This document shows positions 11,221-24,529 of a stretch of 64,000 nucleotides of DNA, one piece after another. This DNA comes from Mobula hypostoma. Taxonomy: Eukaryota. Position 1 is the first letter of the stretch. Every line of letters starts with the position of its first letter. Under the pieces are notes generated by a model that searched no databases, was not told the origin of the DNA, and saw only the letters and a list, made by a program, of their open reading frames with translations. The stretch spans positions 20,586,001 to 20,650,000 of the forward strand of contig NC_086118.1 of assembly GCF_963921235.1 (NCBI RefSeq), read 5' to 3'. Made by a program: the position numbers and the translations under genes.

Positions 11221-12401
11221 TATCAGTTAAGACCCAGAATGGAAATGGAAATGTAGATGCTATGTTTGAAGAACAGTAATATGACTGGTGGGCAACTATT
11301 TCATTCCTGAAATCTTCCTGCATTTTGTAAGATATAGGTATTTAAAGAAACTGCATCTATGCTCTTTTAAATTGAAGCATTATCTTTATGAAACCTTATA
11401 CACAACAATAGCTCAAGCTGTAAAACAGCCAAGAGCACATTGAAATAAAAGGGTGTCCCAGGCAAATATGTCTATTTTTACAAAACTGTCACATTTAAAA
11501 TAATTATAAAGTACATTTCTGCCCAGAAAGATGTTTCCTGTTTACCCTACTCCATCTGGAGTGTTTTAACTATAAAACAATTATGGATAATTAATGCAGA
11601 AAGTTTTGTTGCCATTGCACCTACATCCCATTTCTCCAACACCAACACAATATTTCTACCAAGAACACCTTTGGCACTTCTATTCCCTTTGTACTGTACT
11701 TCAAAACATTTTTGTTTCTGTACAAAAACAAACTATAGTCCCACAAGGAAAATTATATTTACAAACCATTGGAGTATTATTAACCTACAATAGTAACAAC
11801 CACCAGAGCAATTGAAATGGATTAACATAGCAAATTTCAAAAGTTTTATCAGCATATTAATTTTACATTTTTGCCAGTTAATTTATAGGTGCCTGCAAGT
11901 TGTCAAGGCAAACCATATTCCTAAAAACTGATCCTTAAACTGTCATTGAGATCTATATTCTGACTGTAATACTTAAAAATATTTTAAACAACATATAGTG
12001 TACATTGTAATTCAAATTCCAGCACACATCAGCATTTTACATACTTAATTCCTCCAAAATAATCTGTTGCAATTTGAGACAATTGAACTGCTTGGTTCAC
12101 ACTGAAATGAACAAACACTATTTTCTTTTTGACACCAAACTGTTGTAAACCACATGATCATTTCTACTTCAATTGAACACTCACAAGAATCAGAGGTCCC
12201 TGTAATCTATTACTGTTTAACTAGCAGCATCATTTCTTCCCATGTGCAAACTCCAACTCGACAACTGATGGACCCTTTACAAATACAGTTTGGAAGCAGT
12301 TTTTTGAAAAACAGGAACATCAGACAGCTCATCAAGCTGCATACTGTACATGGTGATCACATTTCAGTTTTCTTTTTCATAGACAGATTATAGCATTGAA
12401 A

Positions 12402-12670
12402 CTAAGATATTTTGCAGCTGTTTCGAGTGCAACTCTGTATTGGGCTGTGAGAAGGACGAATGATCTTAGACTTCTTCAAGCTGTTATGTTTGCTGCCATT
12501 AGCAGTGAGAGAGTAGGAACGCCCATGCATCATCCTGGCATTCAGTCCATTTGCCATTGAGAAAGACTTAAGGTGACTCTTTAAGGCAACAGGAAGGGGA
12601 AGTTTGTCCACCAGATGCACAGGTGTACAGGAAACAATGGCTCGGCAGCACAGATCCTGCAGGCTTAACA
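12402..12670 (-). CDS. RAB40B: RAB40B terminal coding exon 6 (SOCS box [12 protein letters not shown]...LPLP, C-terminal CaaX CKIS, TAG stop)
   Basis: Within ORF 12402..12689. CAG acceptor at 12671-12673. GLNARMMHG and CTRNSCKIS are RAB40B-like. Confidence 0.95.
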
Positions 12671-13257
12671 CTGTAAAGAAATAACGCAAAATTATTTATT
12701 CAAGAATTGTTACATTAGAGTCTCTAGAATAATTCACGGTGCTGATTAGCAAAATTTACTAAATTATTCAAGTACAAATAGTTTATTAAAGAATTGCTGA
12801 TAAAGGAATAAAGCAAAGATAAAATTATTAGCTGATAATGCTTCATTATAATTGTGTTACGCCGCAGCAGCTCTTACTATAAATTCCATTTAACACAAAT
12901 TCTTCAAGTAATAGGGCCCACAAACCCTGCTATGTTTTTTTTAAATACAGAATGCAACCCATGAACATGGATTCAATCTGTATTTCTGTAGAAATATCAA
13001 CAATTACTCTGTAATTAGAGAAAAAAACATGAGGATAATTCTCATATGGAGAGCTGAGAGGAAAATTTGTAAAGGGCAAAATGTAAAATTGCTGTAAAAG
13101 TAGGAGTAGAGTCTGCAGATCTTCATAACATAAAACAGATGGCGTAAGTCTAATGTATGTTTCTATGTGATATTTCCCTTCTTGTAGACCAGATTTTAAG
13201 TCTGTCATTTGGAAAGTTTGACAACATAGCTATTGGCACAACATTCTTTATCCAGTA

Positions 13258-13597
13258 CAGTGCCTAAGTATCCCCCCCCCCCGGGCCAGTTTTCATGTTT
13301 TATTGTTTTACAACATTGAATCACAGTGGATTTAATTTGGCTTTTTTGACACTGATCAACAGAAAAAGACTCTTTTGTGTCAAAGTGAAAACAAATCTCT
13401 ATAAAATGATCTAAATTAATTACAAATATAAAACACAAATTAATTGATTGCATAAGTATTCACTTGTCTTTAATATGACACACCAAATCATCACTGGTGC
13501 AGCCAATTGGTTTTAGAAGTTATGTAATTAGTTAAATAGAGATCACCTGTGTGCAGTCAAGGTGTTTCAATTGATTGCAGTAAAAATACACCTGTAT
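13258..13597 (+). mobile_element. Tc1-like transposon 5' terminal fragment
   Basis: TA|CAGTGCC..AAGTAT start; inner repeat TGCATAAGTATTCAC; Tc1 5' region (cacctgtgtg, aaaatacacctgt). Truncated. Confidence 0.7.
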
Positions 13598-13604
13598 CTA
13601 GAAC

Positions 13605-14500
13605 AGCCAATTGGCTGAGTTGGAGTTACTGTGGACAGGAGTTGTGGGAGTTGAGTGGCTGGCTGGCTGGCGGTTAGGACGGAACTGTGGAGTTGGAAAA
13701 GAGCACGGAGGTTGCAACTGCTGAGTTGATGATGAAAATATCCTGTAGGATGAGCAGGTCGACGGATAGTGAAAGTGAGTTTGAGATGGAGGAATGGAGT
13801 GAAGAGAGTGAGGAAAGGAAATAGAGGTATGAGGAGTCAGGGGATTTGTTGGGATAGTGCTCAACAAGGCAAAGTGATAAGATTAAATAAAATAGACGGC
13901 AAAAAAGTACATTGCTCAATACCCAACAATAGAAAGTGGACTAGAGGAGATATTTCAGGGATACCAACAAAAGTTACTATGGATGAGATGAAGCAGAACA
14001 TAAAAGAAGCAAAAATTATTGAGGCCAAATGTTTGAAAGTTACAAGAAATGGGAAGAAGTGTGATAGTTTATCGGTTATGATCAACTCTGATGAAGAGAG
14101 ATTGCTGACTAAAGTTTATTTAGGGTATGTGTTATGAGATCAGAATATATATACCACTGCCTTTAAGATGCTTTAAATGTCAGAAATTTGGGCATATTGC
14201 AGCGGTCTGCAGAGGGAAACAAAGATGTGGAAGATGTGCTGGAGAACATGAATATGGGAAATGTGAGGCGGGAGCCAGGCTGAAATGCTGCAGTTGTGGT
14301 GAGGAACACAGTGCAGCTTATCAAGGGTACATTATTAGCAAGAAAGAAGCTGAGATACAATATGTAAAAGTAACTCAAGGGATCAGTTATGTAGAGGTAG
14401 TGAAAGCATTTGCTGGAAAAAAGAAGGCTATCAAGCAAACAAATACAGGGAATAATAAACCGGTGAACTGTGAGGGCTGTAATATGATAAATAAGGATAC
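13605..14500 (+). pseudogene. I/Nimb-clade LINE ORF1 (gag-like, triple zinc knuckle) remnant
   Basis: ORFs 13769..14137 and 14127..14621: YIPLPLRCFKCQKFGHIAAVC..CGRCAGEH..C..CCSCGEEHSA. Confidence 0.75.
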
Positions 14501-14618
14501 TGTGGCGACCCACTTTCTACGCAGGCGAACCGGCTCACAAAATGCTGTGAGTGTCGGCAGAGAGGCCAGCCCCAAAATGGCGCTGGGCCTTTTTCTTCAC
14601 CAGCAAGGGGAGAAAGCT
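14501..14618. mobile_element. Probable LTR terminal fragment, followed by a CR1 3' tail (14619-14685)
   Basis: Abrupt start TGTGGCGACCC.. with CpG-rich sequence; then atgggccgaatggcc CR1 tail. Confidence 0.4.
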
Positions 14619-16502
14619 TGAATGGCAGAGCGGACTCAATGGGCCGAATGGCCTACATCTGCTCCTATATCTTAGGGCCTCATGGTAAAGTGAAAACATT
14701 TCTGCACACCACCCATACGGAACACTTCATTACAACAGTGCATTTAGCTTGTACAAAGGAAAAGCAATAACAAAACACAGAATAAATTACAGCTACAAAG
14801 AAAGCACAGGGAGACAATAAGGTGCAGAACCCTAATGAGGTAAACGAAGTCTAGAGCCCATCTTGTCTAACTCCAGGTAGATTAATCGTCTTACAATCCT
14901 TGAGCCTTTCAGGTTTTGTATCTTTTGCCCAATGGGAGAGAGAAGAAGAGAGAACATCTGGTGTGGATAGGTTCCATGATATTTTGTTCAGAACTCTCAG
15001 CAGTTTCTTGCTGTCTCAAGCACACCAGTTTCCATACTAAGCAGCGATTAAAAGTGGTGAGGGTCAAAGGGAATGCACCAAATTTTTTTCAGCCTCTTAA
15101 GGCAGTAGACCTCAGTGCTGCTGATGTAAATAGCAGGCTATGCACTGCCCCACTCCCTGGTGTCATTGACATTTACAACTGCTGTGATAGAAACAACCTA
15201 ACATAATGCATTCTTTTTCTATTCAACACAGCACCTTCAATGAGTTGAAGAAAACAACATTAAGCCAGAGCTAAGAATTGGGGATAAAAATGGCAAGTGC
15301 TGGAAAAACTCAGAGGATGAGAAGCAGATGCCCCATGACCACATCATTGATTATGTCATTTATGGATTAGCTTAAATTCAAAAGCAAAACCATAATCTGA
15401 AGTACAATGATTTGGGAATCACTATTCATTCTGCAGAGAAAATTGGGACTTGCTTTAGAGGAGCAATTACATTCAATGATTTCAGACAGAAAATGGGGTT
15501 GGGAGATAGTTTGCAAAGGTAAACTATGATAGGATTAAAGGAAATAACGTTGTTTCTATGCTTCTCACGTGTGGTATTTGGTCAAAATAACTGAAGACTA
15601 ACCTTGCGGACCAGATATGCTCAAAGGTGTCATTAAAAGAATTCCTAGGTCCCAAGTCACTTAATTGGCAGCAAAATATTTTGGTTCATGGTCAATTCAG
15701 CACAATCTGAGGACTAGGAGTAGTGGGTGATAATACTGTAATGAAGGCGCTTTGAAAGATGATCTTGATTTTAGCAATAAGGAAGTTCATAAAATCATCA
15801 ATTTGTTGATGAATGGAACAACATAAAAAGAGTGAATCATGGAAAAAAAAAGCAGCTTTGCTTTCTAAGACGATCCTGTAACAGCAGCTGAGAGGGTAAT
15901 GGAAGCTTCAGGGTAAAGCTTTTGATGGAAGATGTATTGCAGTTTTAAGTAGGTGCAATGCAGCAGTCCTAACTGTCAAAAATGCTTCACTGGCTAAAGA
16001 AACTCTCTGATATACAATTGATTCAGTGCGATTTCAAAACAGGACTTGGCATAGGAAGGTAAGCTGCAGGGTGGGAGTGGATGATCTTTGAACAGGTCTT
16101 AGTGACAAATAATCAAGTCAAAAATGGAGATTTCTGGTCTACAGGGAATGAAGGCGGCTGTGGGATCAAGAAAGAAGAAAGCCAGTGATGCTGCAGAAGT
16201 GAAAATATTCATTTTTGGTAATAGATATGAGGTTTAAAAAAAATTAATCCATGTCAATAGGATTCAATTTCCACTTCAATACAAAGCAGGGAAAATGACT
16301 CAATGACAGGAAGACAAGCACAAACAAGTACTTGCTTTCCTGTTTTGTACTAGGAGAGTCCATAAACAGAAATACAAAGCTTTAAATTACAACATCTTTG
16401 TAATTTTAAAACTCTGTTTCAAAACCATCCCTGCAGATCTTGCAATTTGTGAGGAAAAATAATTTCTCCATCTTAAGAGCATTTAAGCAGTAAAAATCCC
16501 AC

Positions 16503-16725
16503 CTCTGTTTGGTCTCCAAAGTCTGTCCATTCCATGCCTCATTAGCACAATCCGAGCCAGTTCTGTGAATGATTCAATTATATTAAAATTGCACAATGGG
16601 CTGACTTCAAAGAATGTCATGCCTTGCCGTTCTGCATAACCCTGCGCCTGATCTGTAGACACCTGTCGCTTAAAAGCCAAGTGAAGGCGATTTCCAACCA
16701 GGATCTTGGGCACACCTGGAGCATG
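16503..16725 (-). CDS. RAB40B: RAB40B coding exon 5 (223 bp; [22 protein letters not shown]...MDRLWRPNR)
   Basis: Overlaps ORF 16483..16713. Contains the Rab40-specific GNRLHL (divergent G4) and EVSPL. CAG acceptor, GTGGGA donor. PKIL, LARI and MDRLW residues favour RAB40B over RAB40C. Confidence 0.95.
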
Positions 16726-19316
16726 CTGAGTGAGAAAATAGAAAAGTAATTACAGTGGACATGCTCTGCTTTTGCATTTGTTTTCTTTTTTTGATGAATA
16801 CTAAGATCTTGAGCTAAAATCAAAATGTGAAAAAATGTTCGGAATTTGAAATAAAAGCAGAAAATGCAGTAAAGCAGGTCAGTTTTTATGGCAAGAAAAC
16901 AGGACTTAAAATTTCAGGTAAGTGAACTAAGTTTTCATTTTAAAAAATTGGACTGAAGTGTCAATTATGTTTTTCTCTCTAAGTCCAACCTGCTTGGCAT
17001 TTCCAGAATTTTTTGTTTCTATTTCAGATCTTGAGATGGATAAGTTCATTAAATGTTAACTTGATTAAAATAGTAATGTAATAAATTAGCTGTGGAAAAC
17101 ACTAAGATTATTGGGGAATTTGTTACCCAAAAGAAATGTATAATTTTTTTCAAGTGAACTAATTGAACTTCACACTACTGTTTACTTATGGGGGAAAAAA
17201 AATGGGAAGAAACAATAGGAGAATTTGACTAATATTTTATCAAGAAATGGATATCAGTGGTTTTGTTCATGGTTATCTGAATGTACTGTTTTATAAATAT
17301 TGGTGCACACAGCATGAAATACTGTTGCCTCATTCAGTCAATAAGTTCAAATCATAAAGTCTAATTGCATTATATTGTATATCCCGCAAACATGGAGAAA
17401 TTTATTGTTTTGGTACAGGTGGGATGCTGGTTCTAAGCTCATCACAAAATATTGCTGTTATTTCTCCATGGGTTTAGTTCATTGGGAACATGTTTCTAAT
17501 TTGCAATTAGCTGTTAAATGTGTCAATTTTGGTGACAAACTAGGACAGTTTTCCACAGTGAGCCCATTTACATTGGGAATCCAATTGAAATAATTATACT
17601 ATCTATTCTTCTGCTAAAATCTTAATGTGCTTGTCTGGAAATCCCCAAACCTTTCCCAGTCATTTATTTTTGTCTACTCTTCCATAACATCAATGAATTA
17701 ATAGCTCTGGAAATGATTAATGCATTTTGATGTTTACTAATTATCTTTTTATCTATGTCTATCATTTACTGGGGGTGGCAGAGTGAAGAATCCTTGTACG
17801 TAATACAGGGGAAAAAACTAATCTTTTACTCAAATTTTAATATCACCAGATACAGATAATCTTATGCCTCACCAGTATAATAATCTAATTCACATCTAGT
17901 CATAGAAAATTAATTATTTTCCATTCAATATTTATGAATGGATCAAATTAGCCTGCCTATGGAAGGACACCAAAGCCATTTCAATTCATCTACGCAGAAT
18001 GATCTCTATGTACCTTCTTTCCCTCATAAGCAGTTGAAAATGTATCAATTTATTTACTACACTGACTCCTTTAATCAGAATCATGACCATAATAAAGCTA
18101 TCACAATTGCTTGTGGAACAGAGGCAACTTTGTTAGTGCAAAACAATTGGACAGTTGTTACAGAAATACTGAAGGGGTATTTTGATTAAGATGTAGGACT
18201 TTAATCATTATTGATTCATCCAGCAACAATTCTTAAACTATTAAAAGTTCATGCAATTATAAAACCATACACATTTCTGAATCTCTAGACAAATTTTCCA
18301 TCTAAACGCAGCAGAATGGTAACATTCTTTGTAAAGTGTTCCTGTGGAATAACACAATTTTTCTATGTGAACCAGTTGGGTTGTATCAGAAAGCAAGAAT
18401 TGAGAATAAGATTCAAAGATGTGCAATAATATTTGCAGTCTGTTATAACTAGAATCCAAGCATTTAAGATTATTCTAACTCTTCCCTTAATTTATAAGTA
18501 GGAGAATTGGGTTTAAGATTTTAAAGATATTCTACTTCTGTATTAAATTATCATAATACACTTTGAAAACCATCTCCAAATTAAATGCAGAAATTGCAAA
18601 TGTAAAGGATTACAAAACTACAAGCAAAATGTATTATTTATTATGGATGTCTGGACATTCATTGAGCTATTCAGTGCATTGTTTTATTTCCCTTTTTGTT
18701 GGTGTTCATTGTATCCTATCGAATACATTATGGATAAATAATTTCAATCAATCTTTTGTTTTGGCAATTTGAGAAACTAACAAGACCCCTAAAGCCTCCA
18801 TCAAATATAAACAAATGCAGCTGGAACACTTTCAAGCATAAAGTGCTTTTCGCAGTCATTCAGCAGGTCAGTACACTATGTGACAAGCACAGATAATTAA
18901 TTTGAATCTGGTGTAACAAAGGCTATCAGAAGTAAAGATAGATTAGGTTCTGTCTTGGCATACCACATTTGAGAATGAAAACTTGTTTTTAAATCTTAAC
19001 TATCAAATACAATTCTTTTTGACATACCAATGTGACTACTTTCTAAAGAGGTTATCAGCAAAGCTAGTTCCTCTGTGTAAAAGGATCCTATTCCCCACTG
19101 ATTGTTTTCTGTATCAAAGCTGAGGACGTAATGATGCTCAACCAGCAAGAAGTCTACTCTGCCCCTGCCTGACGAAGACAATCAGTGCAGTAACCTACTA
19201 ATGGCAATTTTCTAAGTACAACAAATAAACTATAACTTGGCAACACTGATTACCTTGATCACTTTGCACTAACTTTACTTTTTGTTCTAATTGTGTTTTC
19301 TTGTTTAAAAAAAATG

Positions 19317-20118
19317 TGTAATGCCCGGCTAAGATTTTTACTGCTATGCTGTAGGTATTTCAGTTTAGCAGTTTCTTTTCAGTAAGAGCAGTCTGTTTTG
19401 CTTTTTGCTTTTTTGGGTTTGAGCTAAAGATAAGGAGCTATGTTGATCAAAATAGGAATGTTGTGTTAGCCAATCAGGCTTGTGGAATTGGGAAAAGGTT
19501 CTAGTGAATGCTAGGCAGACAGGTTTTTGTGACACTCACTGGTGTGAGTCAAGGTCTTTTTGGCAGGAGCTGGGGGAAGACAGGAGGGAAGATGGCTGAG
19601 GATGCTGTCCCTGTTGCTCAAGGTGCTTTGCGCAGATGAAAGTCTTCAAGAAGGCAAGACCAATACTCCTGCAGGGGAACCTGTTTTTTCGAGATGGATT
19701 TCGAGCGACATTCGGAAGGTTGGTGTGGGCTTTCACTTCCAGCACGTGTTAAAGACAACTTCAAGATGAGTTCCAATGTATGTGCACATTTGGAGTGGGT
19801 TAACTGTAATGAGCTCTTTCTCCTATTAACTATTTGATAAAGCTGAAATTTGTAAATATACTTCCTTTATAATTGTATGCAGTGTATGGTCTGTTATTTC
19901 TTGTCAACGGGCGAATGCATGAGGGACAGTAAATTACACAGATCGGGGTTTGGGCGGGCAAGACCTCCCAACTTCCCGGGTTTGGTGGGACCCAAGTCAT
20001 ATTGACCCTAGATGCAGGGAGTGAGAATGGTGGTTTTTTTTCCCCACAGAGTCCAGTGGCCATTAGCGAGGGGCTGACGAGCCGCATCTCCCAAGATGCC
20101 AGGCAAAAAGGAGTTTCA
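19317..20118. mobile_element. Solo LTR (related to 36293-36895)
   Basis: TGTAAT...GTTTCA termini; colinear blocks shared with the 36293 copy (ccaat, ttcaagatgag, tgtgcac.tttg, aaattacacag, ttgggcggg). TSD not recognisable. Confidence 0.65.
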
Positions 20119-20494
20119 TTTATATTTGTAGTTTGTTGTGAATGCTGTGCCTGTGATGCTGCTGACATAAGTTTTGCATTGCACCTGTGCATTTGACAAT
20201 AAACTTGACTTTGACTAATTATAAATTACCAACTACAAAATCTTAATTTTCAGCATCTTCCTTAACTTTTAGCTAATCTTTCAATTTATGAATTCCAAAT
20301 CTTTTAGTGACGTAATTTTACTAACACAGCCCTGAATTAGCTCAACTACAACACTGCACTTGCATGTGCCCGTAACACAAAAAAATCAGATATTTTCTGT
20401 GTAAGACCACAGAAATTCCAATGAAATAGAACCACTTCAACATTCAACTTAATAATCATCATTCAAAATTCACTGATTTTCAAATCCACTTTAC

Positions 20495-20572
20495 CTCATC
20501 TATTTCCTTGATCCACCTGTCGATACCATCAAATGACCAACGATTTGTAATATCATAAACCAAAATTACACC
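20495..20572 (-). CDS. RAB40B: RAB40B coding exon 4 (78 bp; [26 protein letters not shown])
   Basis: 26 codons, CAG acceptor, GTAAAG donor, phase 0 at both ends. Confidence 0.96.
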
Positions 20573-21017
20573 CTGCAATGTTGAATAAATAAAATACATT
20601 ACTAAATGAAATCAAAACAAAGACATTCTAAAAGAATTTCAGAGCGGTTACAACATGGAAGAGGACTATTCAGTTAATCAAGTCTGAGTGTCAGGAACAG
20701 CAATTCAGCTGATATTCTCTCTCACTCCTAAGAAAACAATTATTCCTCTCTGTATTAGCAGAAGGCTTGCACAGCAGGTCATTGCTATTCTATGAACTTG
20801 CATAACCATCTTTTTTTTTAATTGGCTTCTTACTCTTAAATGACTAGCTGCTCTTCTACCTCACAGCTGAATAATGCATTACTAATGAATGATGTAGATA
20901 TCTAAAAGTTTTTTTTTAAACCAAATAAAATGATCATCTTCTGGACCTACTTCTGGAGACAGAAATTGCTGAATAATTCATGTTTTAATTTAATAATTAC
21001 TTAGGGTTTTTTCTTAC

Positions 21018-21078
21018 CTGTGCTCCTCGAGAGTAGGAACGGAAAATGGTACAGAACCTGCCTTGTCCAGATGTATCC
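21018..21078 (-). CDS. RAB40B: RAB40B coding exon 3 (61 bp; [20 protein letters not shown])
   Basis: G3 motif WDTSGQ is completed across the junction. AG acceptor 21079-21080, GTAAGA donor. Confidence 0.96.
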
Positions 21079-23152
21079 CTAATGATAAAAAGAAATTGCA
21101 AAGCATGAAATAATTTGCTGAAACAAAGTGCATTCCCAGTATTATAAAAGAGAATCTCACATACAGTTATCACAATGACGGGCTTGAAAGCACTAGATCA
21201 AGAATACAAGTTGAACATGGGTTTGGGGAAGCTTGTTCAGCATCTCTTTGCTACTGTGAAAGTATTTTGATGGTAATTATAAAGAATCACTCACTACAAC
21301 TATACAATATAGTGGGAAAAGCAAGAAGGAGACGGCAAGGTTCTGGTTAAGATGGCACCATGCTGTGATGTCTGTTGACTTACTCGTTTTTAGGTTCATA
21401 TGGATGGTTTTGGGACAGCGCAGGGTGTTAGGGGTCAAGTTGGGGATTAGCAACAGGGATTGGAGGGAGGGAGGCCAGCAACCAACAAATATAGACATTA
21501 GGTCAGCAAGCGCCGCGGAAAAAGACCAGTGATTCCCATGGTCAAATGATCAAAGTTAGGAAGCCCCTGCAGGTGGGGGTTGCTGAACCCCAAATTGGTG
21601 AATCCCCCCAGGTCAGCAAGTCCCAGGATTGGATATCTGTGTGGACAGGAGGCACAAAGGCTGGTGACCCTTCCCAGCTTGGTGAGTCTGGAGTTCGACC
21701 CATGATCAGTGAGTTCTAGGGTTGATACTGAAATAATGGTTAAGTGTGAGGATGTGCACTTGTGTAAGAAATGGAAAAGTAGATCCAAATAGAAGAAGAC
21801 AGCAGATGAACATGGTACAGAAGGATCTAGATGTTCTCGTGCATATAGCTTTAGATAGCTTTTCCTGCTGCTTTACTCCCTACTTATTACCAATCTCTGG
21901 TCTCTAAGCACCGCAAGAAGCTTCAAATTTTTTTTGTGAGATGGAGCCCCTCTCTGCTCTGTTCCTCTCACATTCTGTTTGTGTGTGCAAGACCACCTTT
22001 AATGATGGACTGTAAGTATAGCACAGGAAGATATATTTGTGCCTTTTTGTTTTGCAAAATGGCACTTGCAACAAACAATGACATCTTGCGGGTAGCCAAC
22101 AAAACTACCAGATATACTTCGGAACTACGGACACTGTAATCTGCAGCCTGTAATTTCCCTTTAAGGAATGTAATTATGAATTATCTAAACAAATTAGCAA
22201 TTTTACGATCTGAAGGCTTCGGCAAGCCCAACTCCCCACAGACCCTTAGGCTGTTCTCAGCTCCATTATTCCGCATCGATTTTAAAAAGTGTCAAGGCAG
22301 ATTAAAGGGTCGAGGCCCTAAGAGGGGTAAATGAACCGTGTTCAGCACCGTATGCCTAGGTTTGACCCGTCTCCCTCTCTAATCATTGCTACCATCCAGT
22401 GGGAGCTAGAGGACTCTTGGAACCTACCCTGCCAGGTTTGGGAACAGTTGTTGCCCTGCAGCTATCGGGCTCCTGCAATGGCTTTACTTGCCTCCGGCTG
22501 AACTGACTCTGTAATCTTTAGACTCACTTTCAGGAACTCTGCAGCTCATATTCTCTGTAATATTTGTTTACTTTTTTTCTTTATTTGCATGATTTGTACT
22601 TTTTTGCACTTTGGATGTTTGCCGTGTATGTTTTTTCGGGGATTATTATACATACTTTGATAATAACTGGTATGCAACAATATTTTTTTGAAAGATAAGA
22701 TATGAAGACATTTTCAACTAATGGCTTATTAGCAATGCTGGTGTGGTATTAATTTAAAAAGATCCAGATTCAGTTTTGGACTGTACCAGATAAACTGAAC
22801 GATCTGATGGGCTGGAAGAGGTGAGGAGGATATCTGGAAACTAAGCGGAAAGAACACAGCTATCTCACACCTTCCAGAAGGCACTTAACAAGGTGTTGTT
22901 TTTATTAAAAAAGCAGATAAACAAGAGCTCACTGCACTGGTGAAGATGTGTTAGTTTAGACTGAAGGCTGGTTCAAAGCAAGAATAAATCACTTTTTCAG
23001 GCAGGATGTAACTAGTTGAGTTCCCCAAGGATCAGTTCTTGAGCTCCATTATTTACAATCTATATTAATGACTTAGAGGAGGGGCAGCATGCAAGGTAAC
23101 CACACTTGACAATGCTTTGAAAGCAAGGCAAATGAGTTAAATGTCATTGAAA

Positions 23153-23866
23153 GGCACTGGTGACCCCTGTTTCCATCCAGGGGGTCAGTGTAGACATGGT
23201 GGAAGATTACAAATACCTGGGGTAACAAATTGACAATAAACTGGACTGGTCAAAGAACACTGAGGCTGTCTGCAAGAAGGGTCAGAGCCATCTCTATTTC
23301 CTGAGGAGACTAAGGTCCTTTAACACCTGTCGGACGATGCTGAGGATGTTCTACGAGTCTGTGGTGGCCAGTGCTATCATGTTTGCTGTTGTGTGCTGGG
23401 GCAGCAGGCTGAGGGTAGCAGACACCAACAGAATCAACAAACTCATTCGTAAAGCCAGTGATGTTGTGGGGATGGAACTGGACTTTCTGACGGTGGTGTC
23501 TGAAAAGAGGATGCTGTCCAAGTTGCATGCCATCTTGGACAATGTCTCCCATCCACTACATAATGTACTGGTTGGGCACAGGAGTACATTCAGCCAGAGA
23601 TTCATTCCACCGAGATGCAACACTGAGCGTCATAGGAAGTCATTCCTGCCTCTGGCCATCAAACTTTACAACTCCTCCCTTGGAGGTCAGACACCCTGAG
23701 CTAATAGGCTGGTCCTGGACTTATTTCCTGGCATAATTTACATATTATTATTTAATTATTTATAACTTTATATTGCTATATTTATACTCTGTTCTTGGTT
23801 GGTGCAACTGTAACGAAACCAAATTTCCCTCGGGATCAATAAAGTATGACTATGACTATCACTATG
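23153..23866 (+). mobile_element. Rex1/Babar LINE 3' end
   Basis: YKYLG..IDNKLDW..LYFLRRLRSF and ORF 23337..23699 MFYESVVASAIMFAVVCWG..SHPLH..SFLPLAIKLYN; AATAAA then (ACTATG)n tail. Confidence 0.85.
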
Positions 23867-24529
23867 AAACCAGTCAGGCTGGATCACATATAATTAAATA
23901 ATAGCTCCTTGTCCTACCCCTTGTATCACTTACAGCTGCTATTTCAATCTCCTTGAAGGAGTTAATATACTCAATGATGATCCTATTGTGAATATGGCTC
24001 GTGGAGCTGCTTTTACGTTCTGTAATTAGTATATTAATACTTATAGCATGATGATGACTGGCAGGAGCAATATAATGCAAAGTTTTGTGAGAAAATAGCA
24101 ACTGTGCCAATTCAAGTGAATATCATTAAAGCTTCTTAAACTTGTATTTTAGTATAGGTCACTGTGTAAATTATGAAGGTTCATAAACTATGTCCAGCTC
24201 ACTAACATCCCCACTGTTAATCTCATCTGTAATTTTAAAATTCCTGCAGCTTTGACCATTCCAATACTTGGCATTCGACTCCATTGACTTTTTATATTCT
24301 GTTTTCACCTTAATATTGGGTTGCTTAATTATTTTTTTCAGATCAGTTAGCCATACCTCTACTCAGCTTTAATATTGGGTTATTTTTAAGTAGTGGATTT
24401 TTAGTAGTACTGGCATAATTAGATTATTTAGTGTCTCTTTTCCTCCAGAAGTCCACAGTTGACAAATTAAATCCATTTTTACTATAAACAAGGGGCTCAA
24501 TTATCTATAACTTTGAAAACTTTTTACTT

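Noticed and set aside
16670..16700. GNRLHL in place of NKxD as an inactivating mutation
   Set aside because: This is the normal Rab40-family sequence, not a lesion.
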